DNA of 47,916 nucleotides, filler included, from Streblomastix strix (lineage: Eukaryota), in assembly GCA_008636045.1 (NCBI GenBank). It is 2 parts of 2 records of this genome, joined end to end, with 100 filler letters (N's around TTAATTAATTAA, not from the genome) between each part and the next. Parts side by side here need not be neighbours in the genome. Positions count along the whole stretch, not along the records: positions 1 to 23,930 come from SNRW01000253.1; positions 24,031 to 47,916 come from SNRW01000254.1. The stretch is one strand, 5' to 3'. Positions 12,891 to 27,000 of this stretch are shown in pieces. Made by a program: the position numbers and the translations under genes. The notes beneath the pieces are model-generated. The model was not told the DNA's origin, did no database searches, and saw only the letters and a list, made by a program, of their open reading frames with translations. Position 1 is the stretch's first letter. The number at the start of each line of letters is the position of its first letter.

Positions 12891-15800
12891 TTTCTTTGGC
12901 TTGCTTTGTTTTACTGGAGGAAATTAAGGTGATATTTAGCTCTATGGATAAAATTGGGGATTCGTGGCTTATTTTGAAGAATTAATATTATTACGAGAAG
13001 ATGATTAGGAAGATGATTAATGTACAATTCGTGTTTATTAAGGATTGTATTAATTATTATGAGAAGGTCGTTATTATGACTGAGATCTAATTTATTTCTA
13101 CTTTGGAGAACTAATATAATTATTATTAGGAGATGATAATGTAAAATTAGTTTAAAGTTTATTTTATTTCTAAATTGGAGAAATAATATTATTTTGAGAT
13201 TATTAAAGAACTGATGATTATTATCTATTAAATGAAGATTAGTCAAGTTATTTTAAACTTTCTTTCTATTATTATTGAATCTGTTGCTGATCTTTTTATT
13301 ATTAAATAATTTTTTATTAATCAATTTATTTATTTATTTAATGAAGTTGCATCATCATTCTAAAACCATCTAAATAATTCTTATGCTTTTTTTAAATGTG
13401 TAATTCAATTCCTTCAGCAAATTTATGCTTATCACATAAAGGGCATTTCAACATTATCGAAATATTATCAGCATGTTTATTTTCTATTGATTTGAATATA
13501 AGCAAAGTTTATTCAGAGAAATTCTCATAGTTTTCAATTTAATATAATTTTAATTGATTTTTAAGCTTTTATTTTTCTTTCTCTAATTTAATGATTATTT
13601 AAAGTTGAGTTTGTTTTGGTTAAAATATTGATAAGACTTTAGAAAAAAATCCAGTTTTAGAAGAAGGTGTTGTAATAGTATTTAAATATTGTATTGATGG
13701 AGTTTTAGATTCTTATTTTAATTATTATTCATTATTTATATTCTATTATTAGAGATTGAATTCCTCCATTTTCTGATTCATTGGTCCACTTTCATTTAAT
13801 TCTTATCTTAATCTCACATTATCTCCTTTTTATTCCTCTTATAAATGTTATTAACTTTGTTTCAGTTTGTCTTCTTTATTGATTGATTAATTATTAAGTA
13901 AAAAATCCAGTCGATTATTTTACAATTATAATATAGGTTCTTATTAAAACGAATTTAAATCATAACTTTGTTATTATTATATTAATTCTTATTAAATACT
14001 ATCCTAACTACTATTTTCTCTTTCTTTCAAATTCTTAGATATAGATTCATTATTAATTTGTTTTTAATTCATTCTTTATTTTTCTTATCTAATTTACATT
14101 TCTCCTAATTAAAAATGATAAGGCCATTATTATTTTTATTAATATTCATCATCTCTTTCTTTTTTCAATTATTATTCATTTTATATTCTTTATTATTCTT
14201 ATTCTTTCTATCTTTATTCAATTTATTTTCTAGCGATTTCTTCTTCATCTTTTTTTCTTTATTCTTATTCTTCATTCTTTAATTTATCTTTCTATATTTA
14301 TTTTTGTTATTCAAGTTCTATTTGTTTTTGTTTTAATTGTTCTTACTATTTTTACTATTCAATAATTCTTTATCTTTATTTTTCCTTCTCTTCTTCTTAT
14401 AATTATTTAGCAAATCTTTCTTATTCTTCAAATTCTCTTTATCTTTTTTCTTTATCTTTTTATTGTTTATCCCATTTAATTTTTTCTTGTCTTTCCATTT
14501 CTGCTTTAATTTGCTTTTCTTTCTCAACTCTTTCTCTTTCAGCCAATTTAATTCTTTCTCTATCAATTAATTCTATTTATTATTATTGTTATTATGGTTT
14601 TATATTATATTATTATTATGGTTTATTACTCTATTATTAAAATTATATAGCAAATAATTTATCTTTTTCTTCAATTCTTTTTCTTTCTTATTCTTATTAA
14701 CATTATTGTACGTGTTCTTCATATTAACTGAATGGAATTTGATTATTACAAATCTCACAAGGAATTTGTGGTTTTGATTCAATATTATCTTATTATTATT
14801 ACTTTTACTATTATTCATATTATTAAATTTAAGGTTTTTTTTGAGGAGATTAAGATTCTGTTTATATTTATGATTATTATTCATTATTATTTGTAATAAC
14901 ATCTTTTCCAGGAATGGTATAATTTTGATTTTGATTTTAAATTTGTTATTATTATTGAATTTATTGATGAATAAGTTATGGATATTGAATATTCTAAGCT
15001 GGTTGAATATTTGATGGAATTAAAGATGGAACTTTTGGTGTTGGATAATAACCAGGTTGATTTGTAGGTGGAACAACTTAAGGAAATTATTATTAAATAA
15101 ATTATTATTATTCATTAATGTTCATCACATTGATTTAATTAGTTGAATTATTCTCTCTTTCTTTAATGTTATTAACATTTAATTATGGTTTTGGTTAATC
15201 TTTTTCATTTTTAATTTCTAAAATATTATTTTTATTATTCTACTATTATTTATTAACAAGATTATATAAAATTTCAATTATTTTTTCATTGCTGTAATTA
15301 AGTTGAGTGAATTATTCATATTTTTTGTTATGTCTGTTCTGAACATGATTAATTATTAGTTATACATTGAACATGGTACTATTATTACAATATGGACATA
15401 ACATTTCAATTTACTTTTATTATTCATTTTCTTATTATAAATGTTAATCTTCTTCGTATTATAATAACTGAGCTATTCTCAAATCTTCTTCTTCTTGTTT
15501 CTTCTTATTTATTTCTTATATTCTTAATTATTCTTAATTAATTGTTTTCTCTTCAAATTTGTTTTTAATTCTTTTATCTTCTTTAATATTTGAATTTTCA
15601 GTTGTATGTTTATTCATTGAAAAATTTATGTTTTTATTGATATTTTAATTATTAATGCTATTTTAATTATAGTTTTAAGTCTAACTTGCAATTTGCTTTA
15701 TAGATTAACCAACATATGATTGTGTTTAATAATTCTTGATATTAATATTATTTTTATTTACTTTTCCTTATTATTTAGTATGATTATCTTGATGTTAATT

Positions 15801-18800
15801 ATATTCGTGAAATCTTACTTTCTAATTACAAATGTCACATTCTATTAATTCCATATCAACGTCTTCTTATTATAACTTTGTTGTATTTTCAATTATTTTT
15901 ATATTTTAATTGCTTTTTCCTTATTAAATTAATGGTTAATTCTTAATATTATTTTTATTTTATTATTAATTTTATTTATTGTTTGAGAAATTATTATTAA
16001 GTAATTAATTATTATTTAAATTAATACTATTATTCTACTTATCTGTTGTTTGAAATATTTTTGGAGAAGCTGCTGAATATTTTGGTTAATTTTTTGGTTA
16101 TTTGATATTTTATTTTTCAAGTTCTTATTGTATAGTATGATTATCTTGATGTTAATTATATTCGTGAAATCTTACTTTCTAATTGCAAATGTCACATTCT
16201 ATTAATTCCATATCAACATCTTATTACAACTATTATTATTGCTACTAATGTAATTATTATTCTTCCTATTTTATAGTCTTTCCAACAATCATTAATTATT
16301 CTGGAATCAAATTATTATTTCTATTATTATTTTATTATTATTAATTCTCCCTTTAATTTTTTTCTTTTTCTTTTTTTATTTTCTCAATCTCAAATGCAGA
16401 ATGTGGACCAAATGCAGGTTTTGTTGCATTTGGAGGAGAAAATTTTACAATTTAAACTGGATTAGGTTTTGGAGGAAGTATTATATTAGGAGAAGGTATA
16501 ATAATATTTGTAGAAGGAATAACTATCTAATTATTAGAAACAGGATATGTTTAGTTTAGATGGCTATTAATAATATTCTGGATTTAAGGTGGATGAATTT
16601 GAATTTAAGGTATTTAAGGTTGAACAGGTACAATATTGAATTATTATTACTATTAATGTTGAAGTTGAAGTTAGTTTTATGGTTGATTTTATGTAATTGG
16701 ATAAGTCTGTATTAAATTTGTGTTTGCTAATGGAGGTTATTAATATTATTAATTATTATTGTTATAATCTATTTATAAGTTTTATTATTATGGATTATTT
16801 TATTAAGGATTTAATACTTGTATTTGATTATTATTCTGATAAATAGGCTAAGGTTTTCTTTGGTTAACAATTTTTAATTCTTCCGCTTCTGGATCAAAAT
16901 TCAAAAAGACCTGAATATTAATATAATAATAAAAGAAATATTAATAAATATATATATTAAATATAAATATATTTGTACTTGTTTATATTTAATAAATCAA
17001 TTACCTTTATTTCTGGTGAAGGAACAATGAATGTTGGATTTGTATCATATATTGTAACCCAAGTCTCTCCTCTTTATTATGCATTCTTTGCTGTTATTAT
17101 ATAATAATATAAAAATAATATTTTTAAATTTATTTTTCTAATTTAATTTAATTAAAATACAAACCAGATTAAGCAATCTATAAAGCATATTAACTTATTT
17201 ATGAATTCGCTTGTTGTGCTAAAATAATATATTTAAAATAAAAAATAAAATAATTTCAAATTATAAATATAATTTCAAATTATAAATAATAATTAAATAC
17301 AAACAAAATTTCTTAATTTTAATTATTCCTGTTCATACATGTGAAGAATGGATGCTGAAGTGCTTATTCTGCTGAATATCTTTACTTTGGATCAAAATTC
17401 AGCATTTTAGACAATAAATCCCAAAGTAGATCATCTTTAATAGCAGAAGGACGACTAATTCTTTTCATCTAGATCATTTTACTGTGAGTAAATATATAAG
17501 TAATAATTATAATTAAAAAAGATTGTTATATAGAAAAATAAGAAAATAAATTATAATTAATATTTTTTAATTATATAATATTAGTTGAATGCAAACTTTC
17601 CAAGTTCTTTTATACTTCCAGCATTAATTGGATAATCGCGGATTAAAAGTTGGAAGAACACAACACCCAAAGAATAGATATCGACCTATAAAAATAAATG
17701 AATATGATTATGAGAAATAAAAATAATAATAAATAAAAATAAACAAATTAATTATTTTTTATTTCAATTCAAATATTAATAAAATTTATATTTTCAATAT
17801 ATACTTTATTATCGCTATAAAAAGAATGATTAACAAGCTCGGGCGCCTGACGAAGTAAATTATAAATAAAAGTATTAATAAGAAGAATAATTTAAATAAT
17901 AGTTATTTATTTATATGAAGATTTAAGTAATATTATTATATACCATATTTAATGGCGTTCCACAAGATGTTATTTACAATTGAAAATCCTACTTGATCTT
18001 AGCTAATCCAAAATCTGCTATCTTTGCCTTAATATTTCCTGAATAATATAAATAAAGCAATCATAAAAATAAAAGAAATATTTAATATTTAATTATTAAA
18101 ATAATTTAATTTTATTATTAATGTAGTTTGTTATTATTATTTATTATGTTCTATTTAATAATAAACCTCGTTGAGAATGTAGCATAATATTTTCTGCCTT
18201 GATATCTCTGATAATAAAAATATGATGGCATAAATAAAGAAAGAAATATAAATAATTAGAAAAATAAAAAAGAAAAAAAAAATAATTTAAAAGCAAATAG
18301 TATTTAAATACCTGTGGATTAAATTGGCAGAATGAATAATTCTTAATCCTTCAACTGATTAATATATAAATGTAAATATAAAAGAATATATATTACAAAT
18401 GAAATATCAAAAATTAAATATATTATGAAAATTAATTAATAAAATTCACACTGAGTTATTTTGCTAGTGCTCTAAATGATGGAATTGGTAAAATTAGATT
18501 TTTATTTTTCACAATAACATCAAGAGACTGAATAATATATTAAATTATTAAAATATATTAAATTAAAGAGTAAAAAATTCAAATAAAAAATAAAGAATAA
18601 TAAATCATACTTTCGCATTCGCATAACTCATAAGAATAACTACATTATTCTCAAATTTTCTAGCAAACAGATAATTCACAACAAACGGACACTGATATTC
18701 GGGCCTGAGAAAAAGATCAATAATAAAATTGTTATTCAGGGAAGAGATGAAATTCATACTTATTAAGTGCCCCGGCTGCGTCCCACTCTTTCTCGTCGAA

Positions 18801-19158
18801 CTTCTCGATAAGCAAGACTTTCGCTGCAATAACTCCAAGTTCGTAGTGAAATGCCAAATATACTCTGAAAAATTAAGAAAATAAAAGTGAGAAAGATGAA
18901 AAATAGAGAGAAGAATTAATTTGTCAAAAATTGAAGCGTACCTTCCATATGCACCTTAACCTAATCATGGCAGAATATTAATTATAAAATAAATAATAAA
19001 TTTTAAATAATAAATTAAATAAAATCAATAATAACAAACCAAGTGTCTTAATAGGCTGTAAAGAAAATTAAAAAGGAGAAAGCATTATTTAGCGCTCGAA
19101 TAAAAATAAATTGGTATACTTCGATGCTATTTTCCTGCAGAAGCTGTAAATCTTCCAT
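12888..19158 (-). CDS. Kinase B: multi-exon Ser/Thr kinase with long Q/N-rich tail, five zinc fingers, MIU-like motifs and coiled coils
   Basis: Spliced: MEDLQLLQENSIE|PIKTLG|QGAYGR|VYLA..AAKVL..MSYANAK|..IHR|DIKAENIML..ADFGLAK..CGTPLNM|APEL..DIYSLG..RYSAEQALQHPFF. Final exon of about 4 kb (about 16910-12888) is in one frame where checked, ending PPVKQSKPKK-TGA. Confidence 0.9.
14461..15110 (-). repeat. Copy 2 of the coding module shared with kinase A
   Basis: Encodes FPQVVPPTNQPGYYPTPKVPSLIPSNI..IPGKD..IPCEICNNQIPFSQYEEHVQQC..LAEKERVEKEKQ..RQEKIKWDKQ, matching 8758-9443. Confidence 0.92.
15777..16218 (-). repeat. Direct duplication of an approx. 84-bp zinc-finger cassette (15777-15860 and about 16135-16218)
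   Basis: Both copies encode VDMELIECDICNQKVRFHEYNQHQDNHT and differ at about one nucleotide. Confidence 0.92.
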
Positions 19159-19642
19159 TGAAATCTGGTTTTAAGCTGTTTACAAGTTTTAAAGAAAATT
19201 GAATGTTATTCGAAAAGTGAGTTTCTAAGAAAAATTGTTACGGAAAATAAAGGCGTATTTCATAAATATAAGTAGGTAAAACTTACATATTTAATTTAGC
19301 TAATCTATTAACAATGCAACTAATAATGAGTAGGAAGCAGATATTTTTTGTAAAAATGTTAATTAATAGTTTTGATAAAATATCAAATTACAGGTTCATT
19401 AGTTGTTTTCCGTTCATTTGGAACCAAATTTAAATATATATGCTATTTTTAATTTTATTTTTCATCCATATTTTACTATTTAATAATACGTTGCTGAGGA
19501 AATTACTTTTCTATTAATAATTCTTGTTTTCCAAGTTTATTTTCATCAACTAAAGTAATTTAGTTAAATTTATATTGATATTATTGTTTTGTTTATTTTT
19601 TACGCTTATATTTTAACTTTGAACGTTGGTTGAACAGAGACA

Positions 19643-22600
19643 ATGTCGGACAGGCATCTTCCTTTTGATCAACAGAATTCATAGAACAACGGAGTATATG
19701 TGGTTTGCCGATTTGCTTATTAAATTCTTTTATTATTATGAAATTGATTTTCAATTTGCAGTCCAATTTTCCACGCGGAGCAACCGAGCAAGACATATAG
19801 AAAGCATTTGCGAAATACGGCACAGTCACCGAGGTCTCAATAATAAGAAGACAAGCCAAGCTGAAGAGTTTTGCTTTTCTACGCTTTAGCACGGTTGACG
19901 AAACATATGCATCAATGGACGAGAAGAATCCTCCATTTATGTTTGATCCTGTTACAAGAAAAAAGTTTGTCCTGAAAAATAAATCAATTAAAATCATTAA
20001 AACATTATTTTTTTTGTATAATTATTTATATACTAATTTCTTCTCTTTTTATTTTTGCAATTACAGTGTATAGCTTGAAGTGACATTTGCAGATTCGAAG
20101 AACAGTCTTTTCATTGTTAATATTCCACTCAAATTAGATACCCATGCCGCATAGGATGTATTTGAACGTCTTTCATAAGTATGACATAAATTATTCCTAA
20201 TAAAGAAAAGTTGAATTTATAAGGAAATAATTGATATATTAGAGAATTATTATTAATAATCTTATATTATTATATATTCTTATTCTTATTTTATATTTTC
20301 ATACTATTATATATTATATATTCATAATAATATTATATATTATATATTCATATTCATATTTCAGATCAAAATGGAGAACTTTGTCCTCTCTACAGACTTC
20401 GAAGGCAGGTCACGAGGGTATGGATGGGCAACATATCAATCACATTCCATATCTGTATTCGCTATGAAAGCTTTATAAGGATAAGTACTCGATGGATTGC
20501 AATTGTCTGTTTGCTTTGCTAGGAGAAGGTAATTTGATCCAAGAGAACTCGAAAAGGTTAGATCTCTATTTGTGAAAGGAATTCCACTTGGATGGACGCC
20601 AATACAACTAAGATCTGAAGTATTATCTATCTTACCACCTGATTAATAATAGCAATTGAGAACTGTGGTCATTCCAAATGATGTGAGAACTAAGCAATAA
20701 ATGGGACATGCATTCATTCACTTTGAGACCAAAGAATCTGCATAAATCGCGATGGAAGGTTTGTAAGGCAAGAATATTAGAGGACATGAGATTAGGGTTG
20801 AATGGGCATTGCCCAGGGATGATAAAATGCCTGGATCTGATAAATAATAGTAATAGTAATATAATTAGTAATAATAATAATAAGGAAATAATAATAATAG
20901 TAATTGGTCATATGGAAGATAGAAAGGTAGAAATAAGAACAGTTTTATGAATAATGATCATGGAATGTAGATGATTAGTGACAATATAATGGAATATGAA
21001 GGATAACAAGCATTATAGAAGATGAACTCAATGGATAACTAATAATATAATAATAGTTTTTCTAATTCTAATTAAATGAATAGTTAATAATAATAATAAT
21101 AGAATAATGATTCATTTAAAGGGCGTGGAAGAGGAAGAGGTCGAAATAAGAACCAGAATTTGAATTATTATTTCCCTAATTAGAATCAACAGTAGCAGTA
21201 ACAGCTGTATGAAGAAATAGAAGCGGAGAAATACGGAGAAATTCCGGTTGGATCAGAAACTGAATAGAAATAAAATAATAATAGTAATACAAATGAAGAA
21301 GGATAAGAATAACAACAATTCAAAGACTCAGAAGAAGATAATAATTAATAATAACAATAATAAAACCAATAATAATCTTAATCTTAGTAACAACAATAAT
21401 AATAACAACAATTCCAAGATACAGAACAATAAGAAAGACTTGAATTGGAGTAAATGAGATAAAGACTGAGAAGTGATCGTGAAAGGAAATGGGAAAGATA
21501 GAGAGACAAATAGAAGGATAAAGATAAGGAGAAGGTTGGATTTATGGGTATGAATATGAATATGAATATGAATACGAGGAATTATAATTAGAGTTAGAAT
21601 TATAGTTAGAATATGAATTAAAATTAAATAGGTATTAATATAAACGATGATAATAATATGAATAATGCACTCAACTAAACATAGGGTAGTAGAATAAATT
21701 CTGACTTTTATTATTAATATTCTTCCAATCGATATAATAAATATAACAATTAATAAAGAACTTCTAAATGGGACGATATTTTGAATGGAGAAATTGATGA
21801 TGATGATTATGATGAAGAATAAGATTAGTTTGATGGATTGAATGAATAATAGATACCAAGTAAATAATAATAACAACAAAGATTGGATTTGAATGGTACT
21901 ACAAATTCATTGTTTAATTAATAATAGAGGAATATATCAAATATTAACTTGAATAACAGTATTTCATCTGCTTTTCATTAATAGGTTCCATAATAAACTG
22001 TTTCATATTCACCGAATTAATAATTAATACAGAAATAATAACAGATGCAATTATTACCTTAAATGACATAATAATAATAATAACAACAATAATAATAATA
22101 GAAATATCAACAGCAGAAATAACTTGATTCTTCATATCCACTCTAACAATTGGGCGTATCTATTATTAGAAATACAAACCAGAATACAAATTGGACATAC
22201 AGTACTAGTTAGAATTAGAATCAGAATCAGAATCAATAATAAACATCATCTCCAACACAAATAACAACTCTGAACTCAAATTAAGCTACAAATTCAAATA
22301 CAAACTAAAATTTAAACTAAAACTCAATAACTAATTCAATTCCTAATTAATCATAATCTTAATCATAATCATAATCTTAATAATAATCTTAATAATAATA
22401 ATAAACTCAATAATAATAAACTCAATCTTCCAATTCCAATTCCACTCTTATTTCATTACCACCTCCTCCTCCTCCTCCTCCATTGATATATAATACTAAT
22501 ACTACTAATACTAATTAATAATAGAATAATTAATAATAGAATAATAATCAATATAATGAATATGAATAATTGAATAGTAATTAATATGAGTAATAATAAG

Positions 22601-23882
22601 GAATTAGTAGATAATAATAATTGGGGGAGAATTCATTGATGAATTAATTGAATGCATCTCCACTTCAATAAGGTAATTATCAATCACCTTAGACTAGTTA
22701 ATTATAATAGTAATAATCATTATTATAATCTAATCAATAACAGAATCCAAGTTCATTCAATCCTTTAAGCTTTATTCCTTCATAATAATCAGCTATTAAT
22801 CCATCATAATAAGTATAGAACATCAATTAGAATGTTATTATCAGTGCAGGTGATTCATAATTCTAATAATAATAACAATAACAGTTTATGCAGCAATAAT
22901 AACAATTCTAATAATAGATATATTAACTCCAGACCAAAATGTAATTATTTTAGTAACAATCATAATAGATATAATAATAGTAATTGATGTTATAGTTTAT
23001 GCAATATCCTTATTCATAATAGAGTAATGATGTTAATGCGATATAAGCATAATAATATCAGATGCAACAATAATCTATATAATAATCTATATAAGGGTTA
23101 TAACTATAATAGTAACAGGTTCAAACACAATTTTAGATAATGTTGCTGTAATATTAATAACAATAACAACAATAATAGTAATTTGTATTTAATCCTTAAT
23201 ATAACTAACAACAACAATAATAATAATAATAACAAACACCTCCAATTTAAACTCAAACTCGTCTTTCATTGAATAAACAGAATATTCCTGTATTCCAACC
23301 TAAATTATAACATATACAATAATAACAACAATAACAATAATAGTAATAAACTCAACCTCATCAACAATCTATACAATTCCTCCTACCAAATCCAACATCA
23401 TTACAATCCTAATAAAACTAATCATCATCTTCATCATCATAATCATAATCCCTAACATCATCATTATTATCGCTTCCATCAACTATATCTTCAAATTAGA
23501 CTAATTAATCTCATGCATCATCTTTATCATTGTAGTTCTAATAGTTATAATAAGAGCATCAATAAAAGATTAATTAATAACAACCTCCAAATTCTACGTC
23601 TGTTCCATTACCTGAATCATTGCAGATGTTATAACAATAAGAAAATGCTGATTTATTGATTAAAAATAACAATTAAACTGAATCTTCATCAATTTTACTT
23701 CCTTAATAATAAACTGAAAATGAATTAAAAACCGAATAATCAAAAGCATTATAATAATAAAGAGATTCTAAAAAAGATAGTCTACTTCCACTTCCAACAA
23801 TATTTCATTTTACATCTCAATAATAATAATAATAATATTAATAACAATAACAACAATAATAGTAATTTGTATTTAATCCTTA

Positions 23883-23913
<31 letters not shown>

Positions 23914-23930
23914 GAAACAATTGATAGAGA
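19643..23930 (+). CDS. Three-RRM RNA-binding protein (hnRNP Q/R / SYNCRIP-like) with very long Q/N-rich tail; 3' end lost at the gap
   Basis: RRM1 GVYV|SNFP..KSFAFLRF; RRM2 NSLFIVNIP..SRGYGWATY; RRM3 KVRSLFVKGIP..GHAFIHF..IRVEWALP; three GT-AG introns; no TGA seen in frame before the N gap. Confidence 0.88.
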
Positions 23931-24030
23931 NNNNNNNNNNNNNNNNNNNNNNNNNNNNNNNNNNNNNNNNNNNNTTAATTAATTAANNNNNNNNNNNNNN
24001 NNNNNNNNNNNNNNNNNNNNNNNNNNNNNN
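23931..24030. other. Artificial scaffold gap/linker: 44 N + TTAATTAATTAA + 44 N
   Basis: Symmetric 100-nt spacer carrying the palindromic standard-code all-frame stop linker at 23975-23986. Confidence 0.97.
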
Positions 24031-27000
24031 TTTTTTTATTTTTTCTATTATTTTTTCTCTTATTCTTATTCTTATTCTTATTCTTTCTATTGTTCTTTTT
24101 CTTATTCGTTCTCTTATTCTTATACTTATTCTTGCTAATCTTCCTTCTTTTATTCTTATTCTTTCTTTTATTCTTATTCTTAGTTTATATCTTATTATTT
24201 CTCTTTTTATTTCAATTATTCTTTCTCTTATTATTTATCTTCAATTAAATAGTTTTCAGTTAGTTATTTATTATGTATTTGTTCAATTTAATGATTTGAA
24301 GATTAAGAAAAAGAAGATTATGATCCTTGAATTAGTGCAGATGGAATTGATTATATATTTTAATCATTTCCAATATAACAGTTATCATTTTAATCTTCGA
24401 TCTAATGTTATAATAAATATTATATCTTTTCTTCATCATCTAAATATTATTCTTTTTCTTTCTCATTATCTTTTTCTATTTCTTTTTGTAAATCACAATA
24501 CAAATTCTATTTATTCATATCTTATAATGAAAATTAAATTGCCATTTCAAATTATACGTCTTCATCTAAATTCAAATTATTGTTTATTTTTATTTCATTT
24601 TCAAGATTATTTTTTTTTTCATTTCTCTAATTTTCTTATTTGTATTAAAATATTATTTAAATAACTTAATTAGATTTTATCTTCAATTTATTATTATTGC
24701 TTTAAGAAAGAATAATTAATTAATCCTTATCAATTTCTTTGATTATTCTTTATTTCATTTCAAGATTTCCATTTTTAATTAAAATGAATAATAAATTTAG
24801 AGAATTAATTTTTAATCCAACTATTGAACTTTCTTTCAATATCTAATTAATCAATTTCAAAAATTCATTTGAAATTATTAAATTATGATTGAATTAACAT
24901 TCAGCTAATTATGAGAGTGCAACAATTGAATAAAATCTGAAATATGAATTTTAATTAGAAATTAACCTTTTCAGATGATTAATAATTATTTCTCCAATAT
25001 CTATTGGAGGTTATGTTGCTTTATATAAATATCCTATTATTAAAGCTGAATTATTCTTGATCTCAACATTTTTAAACTTATCATTTTAAATAAAATCAAT
25101 AAGTTTAAATAATAGTCCATCTTTTTCCATATCATTTAAAAATGGATTTATTTTCCCTTCTACTTCAATTTCACATTAAACATTCATTATTCTTTCAAGA
25201 GATCTAGTTACAATCAATAGAACATCGTCATTATCATTATTCAATTATTTTTATAATACTTTTGTTAATCCTTTCTCATTCAATTGAATTATTTCTTCAT
25301 TATCGCTCATTTTAATAAGTTGATAAAGGAAGTCAAGTAAAATATTATTTTCATTTTCATATTCATTATGATTATTGATGATTTTTATAATCTATTCAAT
25401 CATTCCAATTTATATGGAAATTTTCCTGTTTTCATTATTTTCATTTAATTATTCTAATAGAATTGAAATTAAAATTTCTTTTTATTTCAGATTCAAATTT
25501 TCATATTTATCTAATTAAGAATTGAAAAATTATAATTTATCAAATGAATTTGAATTAAATTAAATTAAATCAATAGAAGAAGATTGCAATAAAGATGATG
25601 ATTATTATATTAATTAATCTTATTACTTATCAACATTTTCATTTTAAATTTTTTATTCAATTCCATTTTATTTCTATTTATTTTCTTCTTCCCATTTCTT
25701 CTTCATCTGAATTTTATAATCATTTAAATTTTAATTCATATTTTCTTTGTTCTTTTCTTCTTATTGTTATTATTTCACTCTCTCTAATTGTTGTCGAGTC
25801 TTCTTTTTCTTCAATATTTCTATTAATTATTCTTTCTATTATTCTTTCTCTTATTTATTCTCTTATTATTTCTCTTATTAATTCTGTTATTTATTTATTA
25901 TTGCATCAAATTTATTAAATAATTAAGAAACTATTTTCCATTGTTGTTATTCTTATAATGATTCTTTATCATTCATTTACTTCTGTTATTTTTTAATCCT
26001 ATTATTTTTTATTTCTTTAATAATTTCTAATATTTCGAAAAGAATATTTTTATTTTCTTATTAATTCTTTTAAATATTATCATTTTCTAATGATTATTAA
26101 AGTGCAATCTATAATAATTATTCTTCATTAATTTCATCACTATCAAACTCAATTTAATTTTTGTTTATAATTTTATATTCATTATATTTCCAAGTCTCTT
26201 ATTCATATAAATTTTATTATGATTTCATTTTCTCTTTTTCATGATTTTAATTATCTTACAATGAAAGATACAATACATATTTCATTATTTATTCTTCATC
26301 AGAACCTGCTATTTTAATTTATACTACCTTATTTGGAATCTTAAATACATCCTTTTCAATTTCAGATCGGTTTGCTAAATAAATGATAAATAAAATAAAT
26401 TTGGATATAAATATTTTTAATAATATTAATAAACAAACATTAATTCTAAGCTAAGCAATTCAAAGCAAGTTTAACTAATTTTCTTACATTTTCTGTTGGA
26501 TTAAAAATTGATTTCAAATGAGAAATAATTTCAATTTTCATTTCATGGTTATTAATTTCCTGAGCTTTGAATACTGTTCCAATGCAAATTGCACATGTAA
26601 TTTTAATATTTTCATTTTATGATTTTCTGAATAATTTGAATAATTTCTCAATTCCTCCAGCTTTCTTTAATTCTTCATAATACGGATGAATTGAAATTAA
26701 TTCATTTTCAACTGCACCATTATATAAATAAAAATTGATTACATCAAGTGTAATTCCAATAATTTCTTCCTTTTCATGGTCTAAAAGGCGAAAAAGTGAA
26801 GGAAATGGCTTTTTCAGGAGAATTTATTGAATAATTTCATAATTAAATGTTTGTGTAGAGGTAAAGAAAGCATCAATAAATGATTATGTTATTAAACTCA
26901 GATATCGAGTATTAAAAATATTCAGTAATGAATCAATTATTCCAAAATTAATTATTTATTATCTAAATTCAAAATCTTCTTTATTATGCAATATCAAATA

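Noticed and set aside
15670..15750. Possible GIY-YIG nuclease motif (..SYVGQS..) in kinase B
   Set aside because: In-frame continuation is IKQIASQTQNYNQ, with no conserved Arg or upstream GIY; low-complexity coincidence.
23975..23986. Palindrome TTAATTAATTAA inside the N run
   Set aside because: Synthetic all-frame stop linker centred in a 100-nt gap; not biological, and adjacency across it is unproven.
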